64,000 nt of DNA from Octopus sinensis. Its lineage: Eukaryota. The DNA is taken from assembly GCF_006345805.1 (NCBI RefSeq), contig NC_043000.1:157542001-157606000 (forward strand), read 5' to 3'. Positions 1 through 10,628 of the stretch are shown here, one piece after another (position 1 is the stretch's first letter; every line of letters starts with the position of its first letter). The notes beneath the pieces were generated by a model that saw nothing but the letters and a program-made list of their open reading frames with translations, searched no databases and had not been told where the DNA came from. The position numbers and the translations under genes are program-made.

Positions 1-311
1 TATCTATATGTCTATATCTATCTCTCTCTCTCTCTCTCTATCTCTATATATATATATATACATACATAGATGCATACATACATACATACATACATGCATA
101 CCTACATACATACATACATAAATACATACATACATACATGCATACATGCATGCATACACACATATATACACTAGTAGGCTCATAAATGCAAGACATAGTG
201 GGAAAATAGTATTCGAATACTTTCATCAAAGCCGAGGTAATTTTCACAAATTGTTAGTTTCACGCTACCGTTTGTAGGGCCGTTGTGATCTTATGAAATA
301 ATTACAACCAA

Positions 312-345
312 TTGTCCGACGAACAATAACGTGAAGCTCTTTCTT
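312..345 (+). ncRNA. Very decayed hammerhead-like remnant
   Basis: TGT-CCGACGA-ACA ATAA CGT-GAAG: HHR core order present, but stem II is mismatched, A15.1 is G, and there is no clear stem I or III. Confidence 0.2.
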
Positions 346-349
346 CGTC

Positions 350-690
350 TTTTATATATGGATGTATGTATGTTGTATATGAGAGGTTTTTGTATCCACA
401 TGACCCAAAAATGGCGGGTAAGCCTATGTAAGTGCTACAGAAGGACTGTAGTTAGAGTCCTGGTTCAATAATAGTATGAGCGAGGAGTCTAATGCGGGTC
501 GTGTGTGAGCATGTATATGTTAAATAAAATGAGACAGTAAAACCAAGGCAGTGTGAGATTTCTAGGATATTAATAAAGAGAAAAGTAGTCTTACAGTTGT
601 TTCAGAGATATGAAGGAATTCCCTCCATCAGAGACGATATGAGTGAGTTAAATAGAGGGAAATATTAGAGTTCAATATAATAAATTATTT
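350..690 (-). mobile_element. PLE-type terminal-repeat/3' tail fragment carrying an HHR motif
   Basis: Contains the HHR motif at 588-635, homologous to 6262-6316. Boundaries are approximate. Confidence 0.45.
588..635 (-). ncRNA. Type I hammerhead motif, decayed (A9G, eroded stem II)
   Basis: Minus strand reads GTCT-CTGATGG-A-GGGAATTCCTTCATATCTCT-GAA-ACAACTGT-A-AGAC. Stem I GTCT/AGAC, near-palindromic stem III, GUA site. Confidence 0.55.
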
Positions 691-1154
691 TGGAAAGGGA
701 GAGATATAGGAAGTATAAATGGAAATAAGAGAATAAAAATAAAAATATATGTTGGCTGTTACAGCTGCATACATATATGTATATATGTATGTATGTATAT
801 GTATATAGGTATGTATGTTTATATATGTATGTGTCGATGTGTGTATGTATGTATGAATGTATGTATGTACGTATCCATTTAAGAAGCTACAGGAATGCAT
901 ATAAAGTTTTGCATTTAAGCATCTTCTTAAAGAGATTTACACACACACACGCATGCAAATACACACACTCAAGCATGCAAGTGCACACGCACACGTACGA
1001 GTACGCACACGCACACATACACACACACACGCGCGCGCCTACACACACAGGCAGATTTTCATGAAGGACCGCGATCGAAAATATCGTGGTCATAACAACT
1101 TGAAGTAAGGTTTTTCTGTCTCTATTTAAAATTCCTAGTTCCGTCGTTGTCAAT

Positions 1155-1162
1155 ATAATCAA

Positions 1163-1200
<38 letters not shown>

Positions 1201-1206
1201 ACATCG

Positions 1207-1243
<37 letters not shown>

Positions 1244-1402
1244 TATCATCATTATCATCATCAACACCATCATCATTTTCATTTTCATCATCATCATCAT
1301 CATCATTATCATCATCATCATCATCATCAAAGTCATCATTATCATCATCAACACCATCATCATTTTCATCATCATCATCATCATCATATCATCATCATCA
1401 TC

Positions 1403-1457
<55 letters not shown>

Positions 1458-1504
1458 CCATCATCATTTTCATCATCATTATCATCATCGACACCATCAT
1501 CATT

Positions 1505-1550
<46 letters not shown>

Positions 1551-1615
1551 ACATCATCATCATCATCATCGTCATCATCATCTTCGTCGTCATCATCATC
1601 ATCTTGTCGTCGTAG
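1155..1615. repeat. (ATC)n trinucleotide array with higher-order sub-repeats
   Basis: Direct reading; the variant block TCAACACCATCATCATTTTCATC recurs about 3 times. Confidence 0.95.
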
Positions 1616-2199
1616 TCGTTTAATCAGTTGGTCCACAATCAGTTGGTCAATCGAAATTCTAAGGTCTGATTCAGAATTCACCCTCTAACTACTTTAATGT
1701 GTCCAGTAACCGATGGAAATCCACTAAGTATCCAAAGCCCTCACCCACAAGATTTATGTGTAAAATCATATTGATTCTTGAGAAAAATCTTCATAATGAG
1801 TTATAACAATACGTTTTGCTATTGCTTTACAAATTTTCTCTATCACATTCATTGAAGTTTATCAATAATACACCTCTAACACGACGTTCTTACTGAATCT
1901 GTACCTAGATTTAAAAGTGCTATAAATTAATGTCCTTGAGATAATCAACAATGTGTTCAATATTATCGAATTTTCGAAATATGACAGTCATATATGTCGT
2001 CTGTTCTATGATTAAGCTTAAACATACGTACTCACTCATTCCCTTGCGTCCTCACCCCTCACCACTGTCTCACAAACATTGGTTTATATATATATATATA
2101 TATATATATACTTTATTTAAAAGCAGCAAAAAATTCAACAAAACCTGTTACTTTGAGTTTCACGTTCCCGTTCGTCGGCAGCAGAAAATTCAACAAAAC

Positions 2200-2237
2200 C
2201 TGTTACTCCGAGTTTCACGTTCCCGTTCGTCGGACAG
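2200..2237 (-). ncRNA. Minimal type I hammerhead (U4C variant core)
   Basis: CTGT-CCGACGA-ACG GGAA CGT-GAA-ACTC G GAGT-A-ACAG; all three stems pair. Confidence 0.7.
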
Positions 2238-2252
2238 TTTTGCTTGAAAAAA

Positions 2253-2290
2253 CTGTCCGACGAACGGGAACGTGCAACTCAGAGTAACAG
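2253..2290 (+). ncRNA. Minimal type I hammerhead, core mutated (U4C, A13C)
   Basis: CTGT-CCGACGA-ACG GGAA CGT-GCA-ACTC A GAGT-A-ACAG. Confidence 0.6.
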
Positions 2291-2391
2291 GTTTTGTTGA
2301 ATTTTCTGCTGGTTTTAAATAAAGCATATTACTCTACTACTGGTATTTGAGTACTTTTTTTCCACCTTGTTTCACATTTATGTGTTTACTC

Positions 2392-2479
<88 letters not shown>

Positions 2480-2680
2480 CTATAATACGGATGAGTAATT
2501 CGAAGCTTTACAACCTAAAGGTAGAAATAAATACATCACCAAAGTGAACAAGGGCATTAATCGGTACCACTATTGCTAGAAATAAGAGTCGAAACAACGC
2601 AGTAGCCATTGTGGCTATTGTTTTGTTCTGACACCTATTTCTAGCAATACTGTTCACTTTATATATATATATATATATAG

Positions 2681-2735
<55 letters not shown>

Positions 2736-2769
2736 AGACACACACATTCGCACTCACACACATATTTAC

Positions 2770-2880
2770 GTGTAGCTGCGGTATTGCTGTTCGCTGTGCG
2801 ACACCGAATTCCCGGGTTCGATCCCACTGCGTGCGATATTCGATAGAAATGTGATTGACTATAACATCAAGCTCACTCGT
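2770..2880 (+). mobile_element. Decayed tRNA-derived SINE head
   Basis: B-box-like GGGTTCGATCCC with upstream tRNA-like sequence. Confidence 0.35.
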
Positions 2881-3538
2881 TCAAATATTGTGACTAAAAA
2901 TATTCCGGCAGTAATTGTTCATTGGCTTAATATAACTGAAGTTAGAAAGATAGTCATATGGCGCACTGTATCACGCTCTTAATTCCAACAGAGAATTGCT
3001 TCAAAGGTACACATCTCTGGAATACTCATTCACATACACGCTAACTCAGCAACATATAACTTAATTGAGCGTCCAACTCAATTACGATCTTGTGACATTT
3101 CAAAGATTCTTACAATTTTTCTTTCTATCACTACGAATGAATAAGACCCAACTGCTTTTAGTAAAACGTCATCAAAGGTCATTATCCTAACCACGGAAAT
3201 ACTTTCTAGCAGTTTTGAAGTATTTTGTTGCTATTTAAATTAGATCCAAACACGATAGCACCCAATTAGTCTGTTCGAATTCCCATTCCAGAGCAGTCGT
3301 TGGTAAAATAAATTAATTACTTAATGGGAGCATTGGACGTATTAGTCTGAATATGGATTTAAGGTAAATTGAAGGCTAAGTATATTTGATAGACACCCAT
3401 ATTTAGCCGCTCACTGTAAAGCTGATAGTATCGTTAGGTTATCTATATTTGTCCAGACACCTTATAGTAATCAGTAATTATATATATGCACATATACATA
3501 TATATGCACATATACATATATATACATATACATACATA

Positions 3539-3590
<52 letters not shown>

Positions 3591-3631
3591 GCGGATATGT
3601 ATAGATATGTATATATGTATATGTATATATA

Positions 3632-3684
<53 letters not shown>

Positions 3685-3899
3685 CATATATATATACACA
3701 TACACACATAATATATATGATGGTATCTGTGTGCCTGCATGTATATGAAGATATAATTACATTTTATTCTTTCACATAGATATGGGTGCGTGCACGTGTG
3801 TGTGTGTGTTGTGTGTTTGTGTCTGAGAGACAGAGAGAAAGAGGAAGAGAAAGCGATATATATATATATATATATCTATATATATATATATATATATAA

Positions 3900-3937
<38 letters not shown>

Positions 3938-4111
3938 CCTCACCAATCCTGTGAGGAATGAATGAAAAACAGAATAAAAGAAGTAGAAAAATTCACTGAA
4001 CTGAAATCATTACCTGAAGGAAATTATCTTTGCTGATTACTTTCAAAGAACTGCTCCAATATTTTTATCTTCTTCCTTTGTATGTGTGTGTAACACACAT
4101 ACATGTATATA

Positions 4112-4185
<74 letters not shown>

Positions 4186-5507
4186 CATACATTTATGTTC
4201 ATATATATAAATTCCTATATTATTATTATATATATATTTATATTCATATATATAATATATATGTGTGTGTGTGTTCATATATATAAATATATACATATAT
4301 ATATATATGTATACATATGCGTGTGTGTATACATTCAGGCATAAATAATTGCTCACATGTATATTTACACATGTATATACATACGCACATAAATTCACAT
4401 GCATACATATATACATTCTCACACATGAATACTTGTATATATGAACATATTCACACCCACACATCCATATATAATTGTATGCATTCATACTTTCATACAT
4501 ACATAGAAAAACGCACAAGCATGCACACTTATAAATATGTAGAATAAAAGATTGGCTAATAACTATATATATATATATATACACGAAGTGAGAGAATGAT
4601 TTATATATTCTGAAGGTGAATAATTTCTGATTTCTTATTAGATTTTTTTGACAAGGATTCCGTTTTTATTGTTCATGTTATGGTTGTGTTTAAGCATATG
4701 CGTTGTTAGTTTCAAATATGTATTTGCTCTTGTGGTGATACACAATGCTGTCAACGCTGTTTATGTATTTCATATTGCTGCTGTTGGTTCTCTCCTTGTT
4801 GTTGGGGGTGTTGCTACTGTTGGTGTTGATGCTGATATTAATAATGTTGATGTCGCTGATAATATTGCTCCTGTTGTTTTTGCTCCCTGTGCTGTTGCTG
4901 GTATTGATTTAGTTCATTGCTAGTTGTTGGTTCTGTTGGAGCGGCCGTAATGGGCCGTGTTCTTAATGCTGTTACTGTTAACGTTGTCGTTGTTGTTACT
5001 GTTGCCTTAATTTTCAACGTCGTTCTGAATGTTATCTGTGCTTCCATTTTTTGGTGATGTTGCATGTTTCCTGTGCTTTTTCTGATTCTTGGTTAACCGT
5101 GTGGTTGGTTAGCAAGCTACTTACCACACATCCACTCCTGCGCCTGCTAGATATTGATGTTATTTGTTTTTGTTATTGTTACTGTCGCTATAATTTAACA
5201 CCAGCTCTGTCTCGCTTGGGCAGAGTTTTGATCGAATAAGTCCAATTCTGATAATTTTACGTTTCACACCACACGCACGCATATTTGTAAGTGTACATAC
5301 CTTCTGTATTTGATCATTTAAATTTTTCATTTGAAGAAGTAGAGCTGCTTTCTGACAAAGATTCGAAGCTCCATCTTTGGTTAGGAGATAACGAAAACAA
5401 TGTCAAATTGTAAATCTGTGAGAAGTTTTGTATGTATGTATGTATGTATGTATGATTGTATGTATGTATGTATGTATGTATGTATGTATGTATGTATGTA
5501 TTTTTTA

Positions 5508-6089
5508 AATTTTCTCCTGGTTTGCGGAATTAATGTTATTTTGCGGTTGAAGCTTTGGCTGTTATTTCTAGTGGGTGAATGGCCTATTATGGCCATTCCT
5601 TGATTGTGATGTTGAACTTATAAATGGTCTATGACTATTTAATTTTTTCCCACTAGGCCGCTGGTGGCAAATAAATTCTACGAAATTTTTTGCCACCCTA
5701 TATTGATTAATTATGAATTTTCTGGTTAATTCCGTAATGGAATCGGCGGCTTATATTTGCTGCCGATAAATTTGGCGCGAGTGCGATGATTTGAAAATTT
5801 TAGGTCAGATATTGCCGAGGCAGGGATAGTAGGTGCCTCGTGATAATATCTGCTCGGATCTGGCTGTTTCTTACTGACGAATCTATCGGCCTATGGAAGA
5901 TTGGCTTGATTTAATTTAATCAGGTTAGTTTACCATTAAACAATAGATGAAACGGTGCATCGTATAAGAAATTACAGGGTAAATGTTTTTTTAATTTTCT
6001 CCTGGTTTGCGGAATTAATGTTATTTTGCGGTTGAAGCTTTGGCTGTTATTTCTAGTGGGTGAATGGCCTATTATGGCCATTCCTTGAT
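5508..6089 (+). mobile_element. 485-bp HHR-containing unit present as a 1.2-mer (retrozyme-like or non-autonomous PLE)
   Basis: 5508-5604 and 5993-6089 are identical 97-bp direct repeats (period 485). The interior has several hairpins and a canonical HHR. Flanked by (TATG)n and (TA)n. Confidence 0.85.
5867..5971 (+). ncRNA. Canonical type I hammerhead with extended stem II
   Basis: Stem I TTTCTTA (5867-73)/TAAGAAA (5965-71); core CTGACGA (5874-80); stem II ATCTAT/ATAGAT closing a long hairpin; GAA; palindromic stem III ACGGTG/CATCGT; predicted cleavage after GUA at 5964. Confidence 0.9.
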
Positions 6090-6112
6090 ATATATATATA
6101 TATATATATATA

Positions 6113-6259
6113 TAATTGCTTAATGGTTTCTAATTTGTCTTATTCCTTTCTGTTGAAGAGCGTAGGCTCGAAACGTTAAAGACTTTCTCACTTTCACCGA
6201 GCGTCAAACTAATACACCTACTTGTTGTTCATACACCTTTCTTCGTCTTTTGTTTTTCT
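6113..6259 (+). mobile_element. PLE-type tail fragment with HHR-like motif (second copy at 20125-20310)
   Basis: Homologous over more than 100 bp to the reverse complement of 20125-20245. Confidence 0.7.
6146..6181 (+). ncRNA. Minimal hammerhead-like motif with non-canonical core CUGUUGA
   Basis: CTTT-CTGTTGA-A-GAGC GTAG GCTC-GAA-ACGT-T-AAAG: stems I and II perfect, loopless palindromic stem III. Confidence 0.6.
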
Positions 6260-6265
6260 CACATC

Positions 6266-6313
6266 GTCTCTGATGAAGAGATATCCATAATATCCCAGAA
6301 ACAATTCTAAGAC
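6266..6313 (+). ncRNA. Type I hammerhead motif, decayed stems II and III
   Basis: GTCT-CTGATGA-A-GAGATAT CCATA ATATCCC-A-GAA-ACAATTCT-A-AGAC; homologue of 588-635. Confidence 0.55.
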
Positions 6314-6891
6314 TACCTTTGTCTTTAAACGACAAACAAGTGTACCCAGCCCAATATAACGTCCGTTTATTTTGGAATATTTAAGTATAGTTTGAAAGAT
6401 ATGTGGGTGTTATTTGTAGCAGACCAGTCGATCGTGTAAAAGCTCCCTAGAGGTATTGTTTTATTGTTGTTCTCAGTGTTGCATTTTTTGTAGCTTTTCT
6501 GGTTATGGTTGCTGGTGCGATTTTGCTGTATTTATTCATAGTAAGAGTCAACTGTGGCTCTGACACACTCTGCACTGTACTCACTAATAAAAGAAAACGC
6601 TATTGTTTTACAGTTAGTCAGCGAGAACGCGGTTTTGTTTCTGGGTGATACGCAGATATTTCAACGCCGCAGGCTGCCTGGATTACATCGGGTGTTAAAA
6701 TTTGACTGACTCATCACACGTCCAGCTATATATAACATTGCTACGTGTTTCAAAACACACCCACACATATACATACATATGTATACATCTGTCTGTCTGT
6801 CTGTCTGTCTGTCTGTGTCTCTCTCTCTCCCTCTCTCTCTCTCTCTCCTCTATATATATATATATATATATATTGTGTGTGTGTGTGTGTC

Positions 6892-6930
<39 letters not shown>

Positions 6931-8185
6931 TGTTGCTTTCTGATTTCCAGTTTTCGGTGAATTTAAGAGGTGTTTGTAATCAGGAAGCGGCACAAGACAA
7001 AGGGAATAAATAAATATTTCACAATAACTAAAACCCGTGTAAAGTCTTTAAAGTAAGCGAAGTGCTTATTTGTCTTTCTCCAATAATTTAGTTAACTACA
7101 GCAAAGTTAGAACTCAACACCTTCTATTCCGTTGGGTGGCATCCACTGACTGATATTACAATTCTAACGTATAAACTGAAATATTACCTATTCGTCAATA
7201 TCAAAATCCAATTAAAAGAAAATGCTACCGTAATTCAAATACAGAGAATCCACATGTCGCCCGCCATAGAATCACCATATTCTTGCCTATTTAATAGATA
7301 TGTATTTTTATTTTAAACTTGTAAACAATGAATATTATACTGGCTGTGGGCATCGCAGGACTTCTATAGAAAATGCAAAGGATTTGCGCCTTGGAGTCTA
7401 CATTGGTTCTACAAATTATTGTTAATCTTACTTGAAGGAGGTTTTTACAAATTTTTGTAACAAATTGCTGTGGGGAATATTATATGTGACTATCATTGTC
7501 GTCGTTGTATTGATTTTGGAATGGTTTTATTATTGTAGCTGTTGTTCACCTTGTTGCCGCTATTGTCGTTGTAGTATTAGTATTATTGTTTATGTCGTTG
7601 TTGTTGTACAGTTTTTCATTGTTAAAGTAGTGCTGTAGGATATTTTTAGCGGATGTTATGTGAAATAGTAAACTAAATAGAAAATAAATGAATGAAACAA
7701 ATATAGGACATAACAGATGACAAAATGAAATACCACATGCAACGATATTCCGAATGGTATGCATATTGCACTACACACCTAAACCGAAGTACAATCCTCA
7801 TGGTAATTTTCTCCACAGAAGTTTCAAATCTCAAGCTAATTAGTATTGAATCCTTCTAAATCTTCAATTCCAATCGTAACAGTGAAGTTATCTTCCTCTA
7901 CAGCATAAAGAATTTTAGATAGAAAATCATGCGACTACAACGACAACGAAGACGACAACTTCAACAACGAAGATGATAACCTAAAAGGCGACGAAACAGA
8001 ATAGACTTTACAAAGATACATGATGTGCTCGAAAGAGCAGACAAATGTATACAGCAAATCACAATTACCCTCTTACAAGATGGACAATATGCCATGTATG
8101 AGTATTGTAGGATGGTTGTGACTGAAAACCATTTTATTATCATGTTCCTTAGATATGGAATGAAGAGCTAAAAATTAACACAAAA

Positions 8186-8287
8186 AGTTTGATAGACGCA
8201 GGCGTGGATGAGTGGTAAGACGCTTGCCTCTGGTCGACCAAAGCCTTCTGAGTTGAATTGGTAGACGGAAACTGAAACAATCCCGTC

Positions 8288-8290
<3 letters not shown>
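8186..8290 (+). mobile_element. Internally deleted SINE family 1 fragment
   Basis: Matches head and middle segments of the full copies at 25125, 36397 and 47204. Confidence 0.75.
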
Positions 8291-8365
<75 letters not shown>

Positions 8366-8497
8366 GGGGTATATAAAAGCTCTGAGCGAGATGTAAACAG
8401 TAGCAATACCGAATCGTAACATATAATTGCCAACCAAGTGTGGCATCCTATACAGTACTATTGTTGTTTATAGCCCCAGAAAAACATCTCTTCCAGC

Positions 8498-8640
8498 TGG
8501 CTAACGACCCATATTCTGTATTTGATTAGTATTTATGAGGGGAGGTCACCGCTCCCATCCCTAGCCTTACGTGATACACACGAACTCCAGTTTCTAGGTG
8601 GTTACTCGTCCTCAGCTTTTGTTAATCACCAGCTAGTGAT
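8498..8640 (-). mobile_element. PLE terminal-repeat module containing an HHR (second copy at 21443-21578)
   Basis: Homologous to 21443-21578. HHR at 8576-8622: CTGAGGA-C-GAGT AACC ACCT-A-GAA-ACTGGAGT-T-CGTGTGT. Confidence 0.75.
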
Positions 8641-9400
8641 ATACGCAGTTCTTAATCATATTCTCTTATATTTGAGGTTTTACTCGAAGGAGATATTTGC
8701 GAAGTGTTGTATTGCTTTTGAATACTGGCCTGATGTCATACGATCCGCGTATCTTTTTATCTTTTCGGAGAGGTCTTTACATAGGGTAGACAGACTGTGG
8801 ACAGTTTATCGGTTTCACCCTTTCTTTTCTTCGTAATTGGAGTGGAGAGTATGCTTTTAGGGTATTTGTTGCTTAATAGATTGCTATTGAGCTTGATCAT
8901 TTCTTCGTGGTGGGTATCACGATCGCTACTTGTATTCATTGCTCGAAGTTTTAGGCACTGAGCAATCCCTCTCTTTACACTGTATGGATGGTGGGAGTTG
9001 AGGTTGAGGTATCGTCCAGTGAAGGTCGGCTTGCGATATACGGACGTCCTGAATCCATACTTGGTGCGTATTATTAATACGTCCACGAATGCTAGCTGAT
9101 TGTCTTTTTCTTTTTCCATTGCGAACTGTATGGATGGCTTTATTAAGTTCACATGATCTAACAGCACTTGGACATCTTCCTGGTGGGGCCAGAGTATGAA
9201 GGTATCATCAACATATCGCAGCCATAGGGTTTGTTTTAGTGGTGTTGATCCTAAAGCTAAATTCTCAAAGTATTCCATGGATATTACCGGTGATAATGGC
9301 GAACCCATATCTAAACCCTCTTTTTGTCGATATACATCAGTATCCATACTGAAGTAGGTAGTTTCTACACAGAAGGTCAACATTTCCATCCAGGTTCTTA
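8641..9400 (-). pseudogene. 5'-truncated Penelope-like retroelement: RT, thumb and start of GIY-YIG endonuclease
   Basis: ORF 8757-9389 has MGSPLSPV, WLRYVDDTF and YRKPTFTGRYLNLNSHHP (PLE RT signatures). After a frameshift it reads ..LRKYLLRVKPQI*ENMIKNCVY, the first GIY-YIG motif, then is cut off. Confidence 0.93.
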
Positions 9401-9452
9401 TTGGTATATACTATTAATTGGGGAAAAGGATAGTGCGGTCTGTGTGAGGTGC

Positions 9453-10092
9453 GGTTCTAGGTTAACTGCCCGACAGACATTTTCTTTTTCTTTTTATCTG
9501 CCATTCATTTCATTTTATTTGTCATTTGGGATAATCTTCCTGTACTCAAAAATTGTAATTTGTCTCAGTTTGCTGAAGAAAAGAACCACCATGTGTCGAA
9601 AAGCCTTGGCTTTTGTGCCAGCAGACAATGTTGTAACAGCATTTGAACAATTACAAGAAAATTTGTGCCAAGAAGCAGATCCAATCATTAATTACTTTCA
9701 GGATGCTTATATCGGTTGAATATGACAGTGTAACAGAGCCAACTCACTCTTGCCTATTTGTGTGTGTAACATGTGTGACCGCGGATGCAATAATTTACCC
9801 ACGAACAATTAATTCCTTGGAGGGATGGCATAACCATTTACAGGCGAATATAACGTCAAAACATCCAAATATCTGGTGTTTCCTTCAGGTACTGAAGACG
9901 GAACAAGCACTTAACGACACGATCACCAAAAAGATGCTGGCAGGACATTAGCTTTCACCAAAAAATAAAAAAAATATCAAGATTTAACGAAAAAATTAAA
10001 ATTGTCCGTCGGGTACTTAATCCGTCGGGTACTTAATCCGTCGGGCACTTAATCCGTAGGGCTCTTGTCAGTCGGGCAGTTGTCCAGATACC
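9453..10092 (+). mobile_element. Internally deleted Mutator/MULE DNA transposon
   Basis: Imperfect TIRs (GGTTCTAGGTTAACTGCCCGACAGACA / TGTCAGTCGGGCAGTTGTCCAGATACC). Transposase C-terminal peptides LAFVP..AF..L..YF..YIG and PRTINSLEGWH..HPNIW.F...LK.EQ at 9591-9990 with frameshifts. Flanks match at 6 of 9 bp (possible decayed TSD). Confidence 0.85.
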
Positions 10093-10589
10093 GGGCGATG
10101 CAGTGAGCAAAATATGAAGCGGTCTGTCAGGAGTTTCCTCTACTATTATTTTCCATACATGCATTGTATAAAAGGAATGTGATTAAATCCTTATTGTGAT
10201 GTAACTGACATCTTAACTTTTATTGAAAAACAAGCAATGGAAAAAACACTGTTAGGATAAGCTGAGTGAATGTTTTGGGCAATATAATCAACACAGAACC
10301 TAGCCTTTAAAGCCAACACCTGGAGACAAGGCAAATGTTCCCGTAGTGTTAGACCTTCACATCAAACAGAAAGAGTGTGCAGAACAATCTCTTGAGATAT
10401 TTTCCCTCAACCATTTTCTTAAGAAATATCAACTAGCAAGCACTTCAGTTTCTTTTCTATTTAAGAAGGGAATTTAACAATTGTAATTTCATTCAGGCTT
10501 ACTTCTAGAATGAATGAGAAAAGAGATAGAAATGTATATATATTATATATATATATGGATAGATTGATATATAGAGAAAGATATATATA

Positions 10590-10628
<39 letters not shown>

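Larger units (their letters stand above)
2111..2395 (+). mobile_element. Palindromic HHR element, family P1 copy 1 (probable non-autonomous PLE derivative)
   Basis: Inverted arms centred near 2245, a 55-bp tandem duplication in the left arm, a ~70-bp extra tail on the right arm, (TA)n on both sides. Homologous in opposite orientation to 28774-29033. Confidence 0.85.

Noticed and set aside
887-1681. 264-aa poly-Asp/poly-Met ORF (also the poly-His ORFs at 16147 and 29149)
   Set aside because: Read-through of (ATC)n arrays, with overlapping ORFs on both strands and no recognisable domain.
3936-3958. Short hairpins such as TTCCTCAC/GTGAGGAA
   Set aside because: 8-bp stems are expected by chance in 64 kb.
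4024-4080. [16 protein letters not shown] resembling homeodomain helix 1
   Set aside because: A stop follows at once and the upstream sequence is microsatellite.
6921-7013. Possible terminal exon after TTTCCAG
   Set aside because: A single acceptor-like site with unrecognised peptides; expected by chance.
7980-8170. Peptide PKRRRNRIDFTKIHDVLERAD resembling a homeodomain N-terminal arm
   Set aside because: No helix-3 WFxNRR follows, there is an in-frame stop just upstream, and no convincing splice sites.
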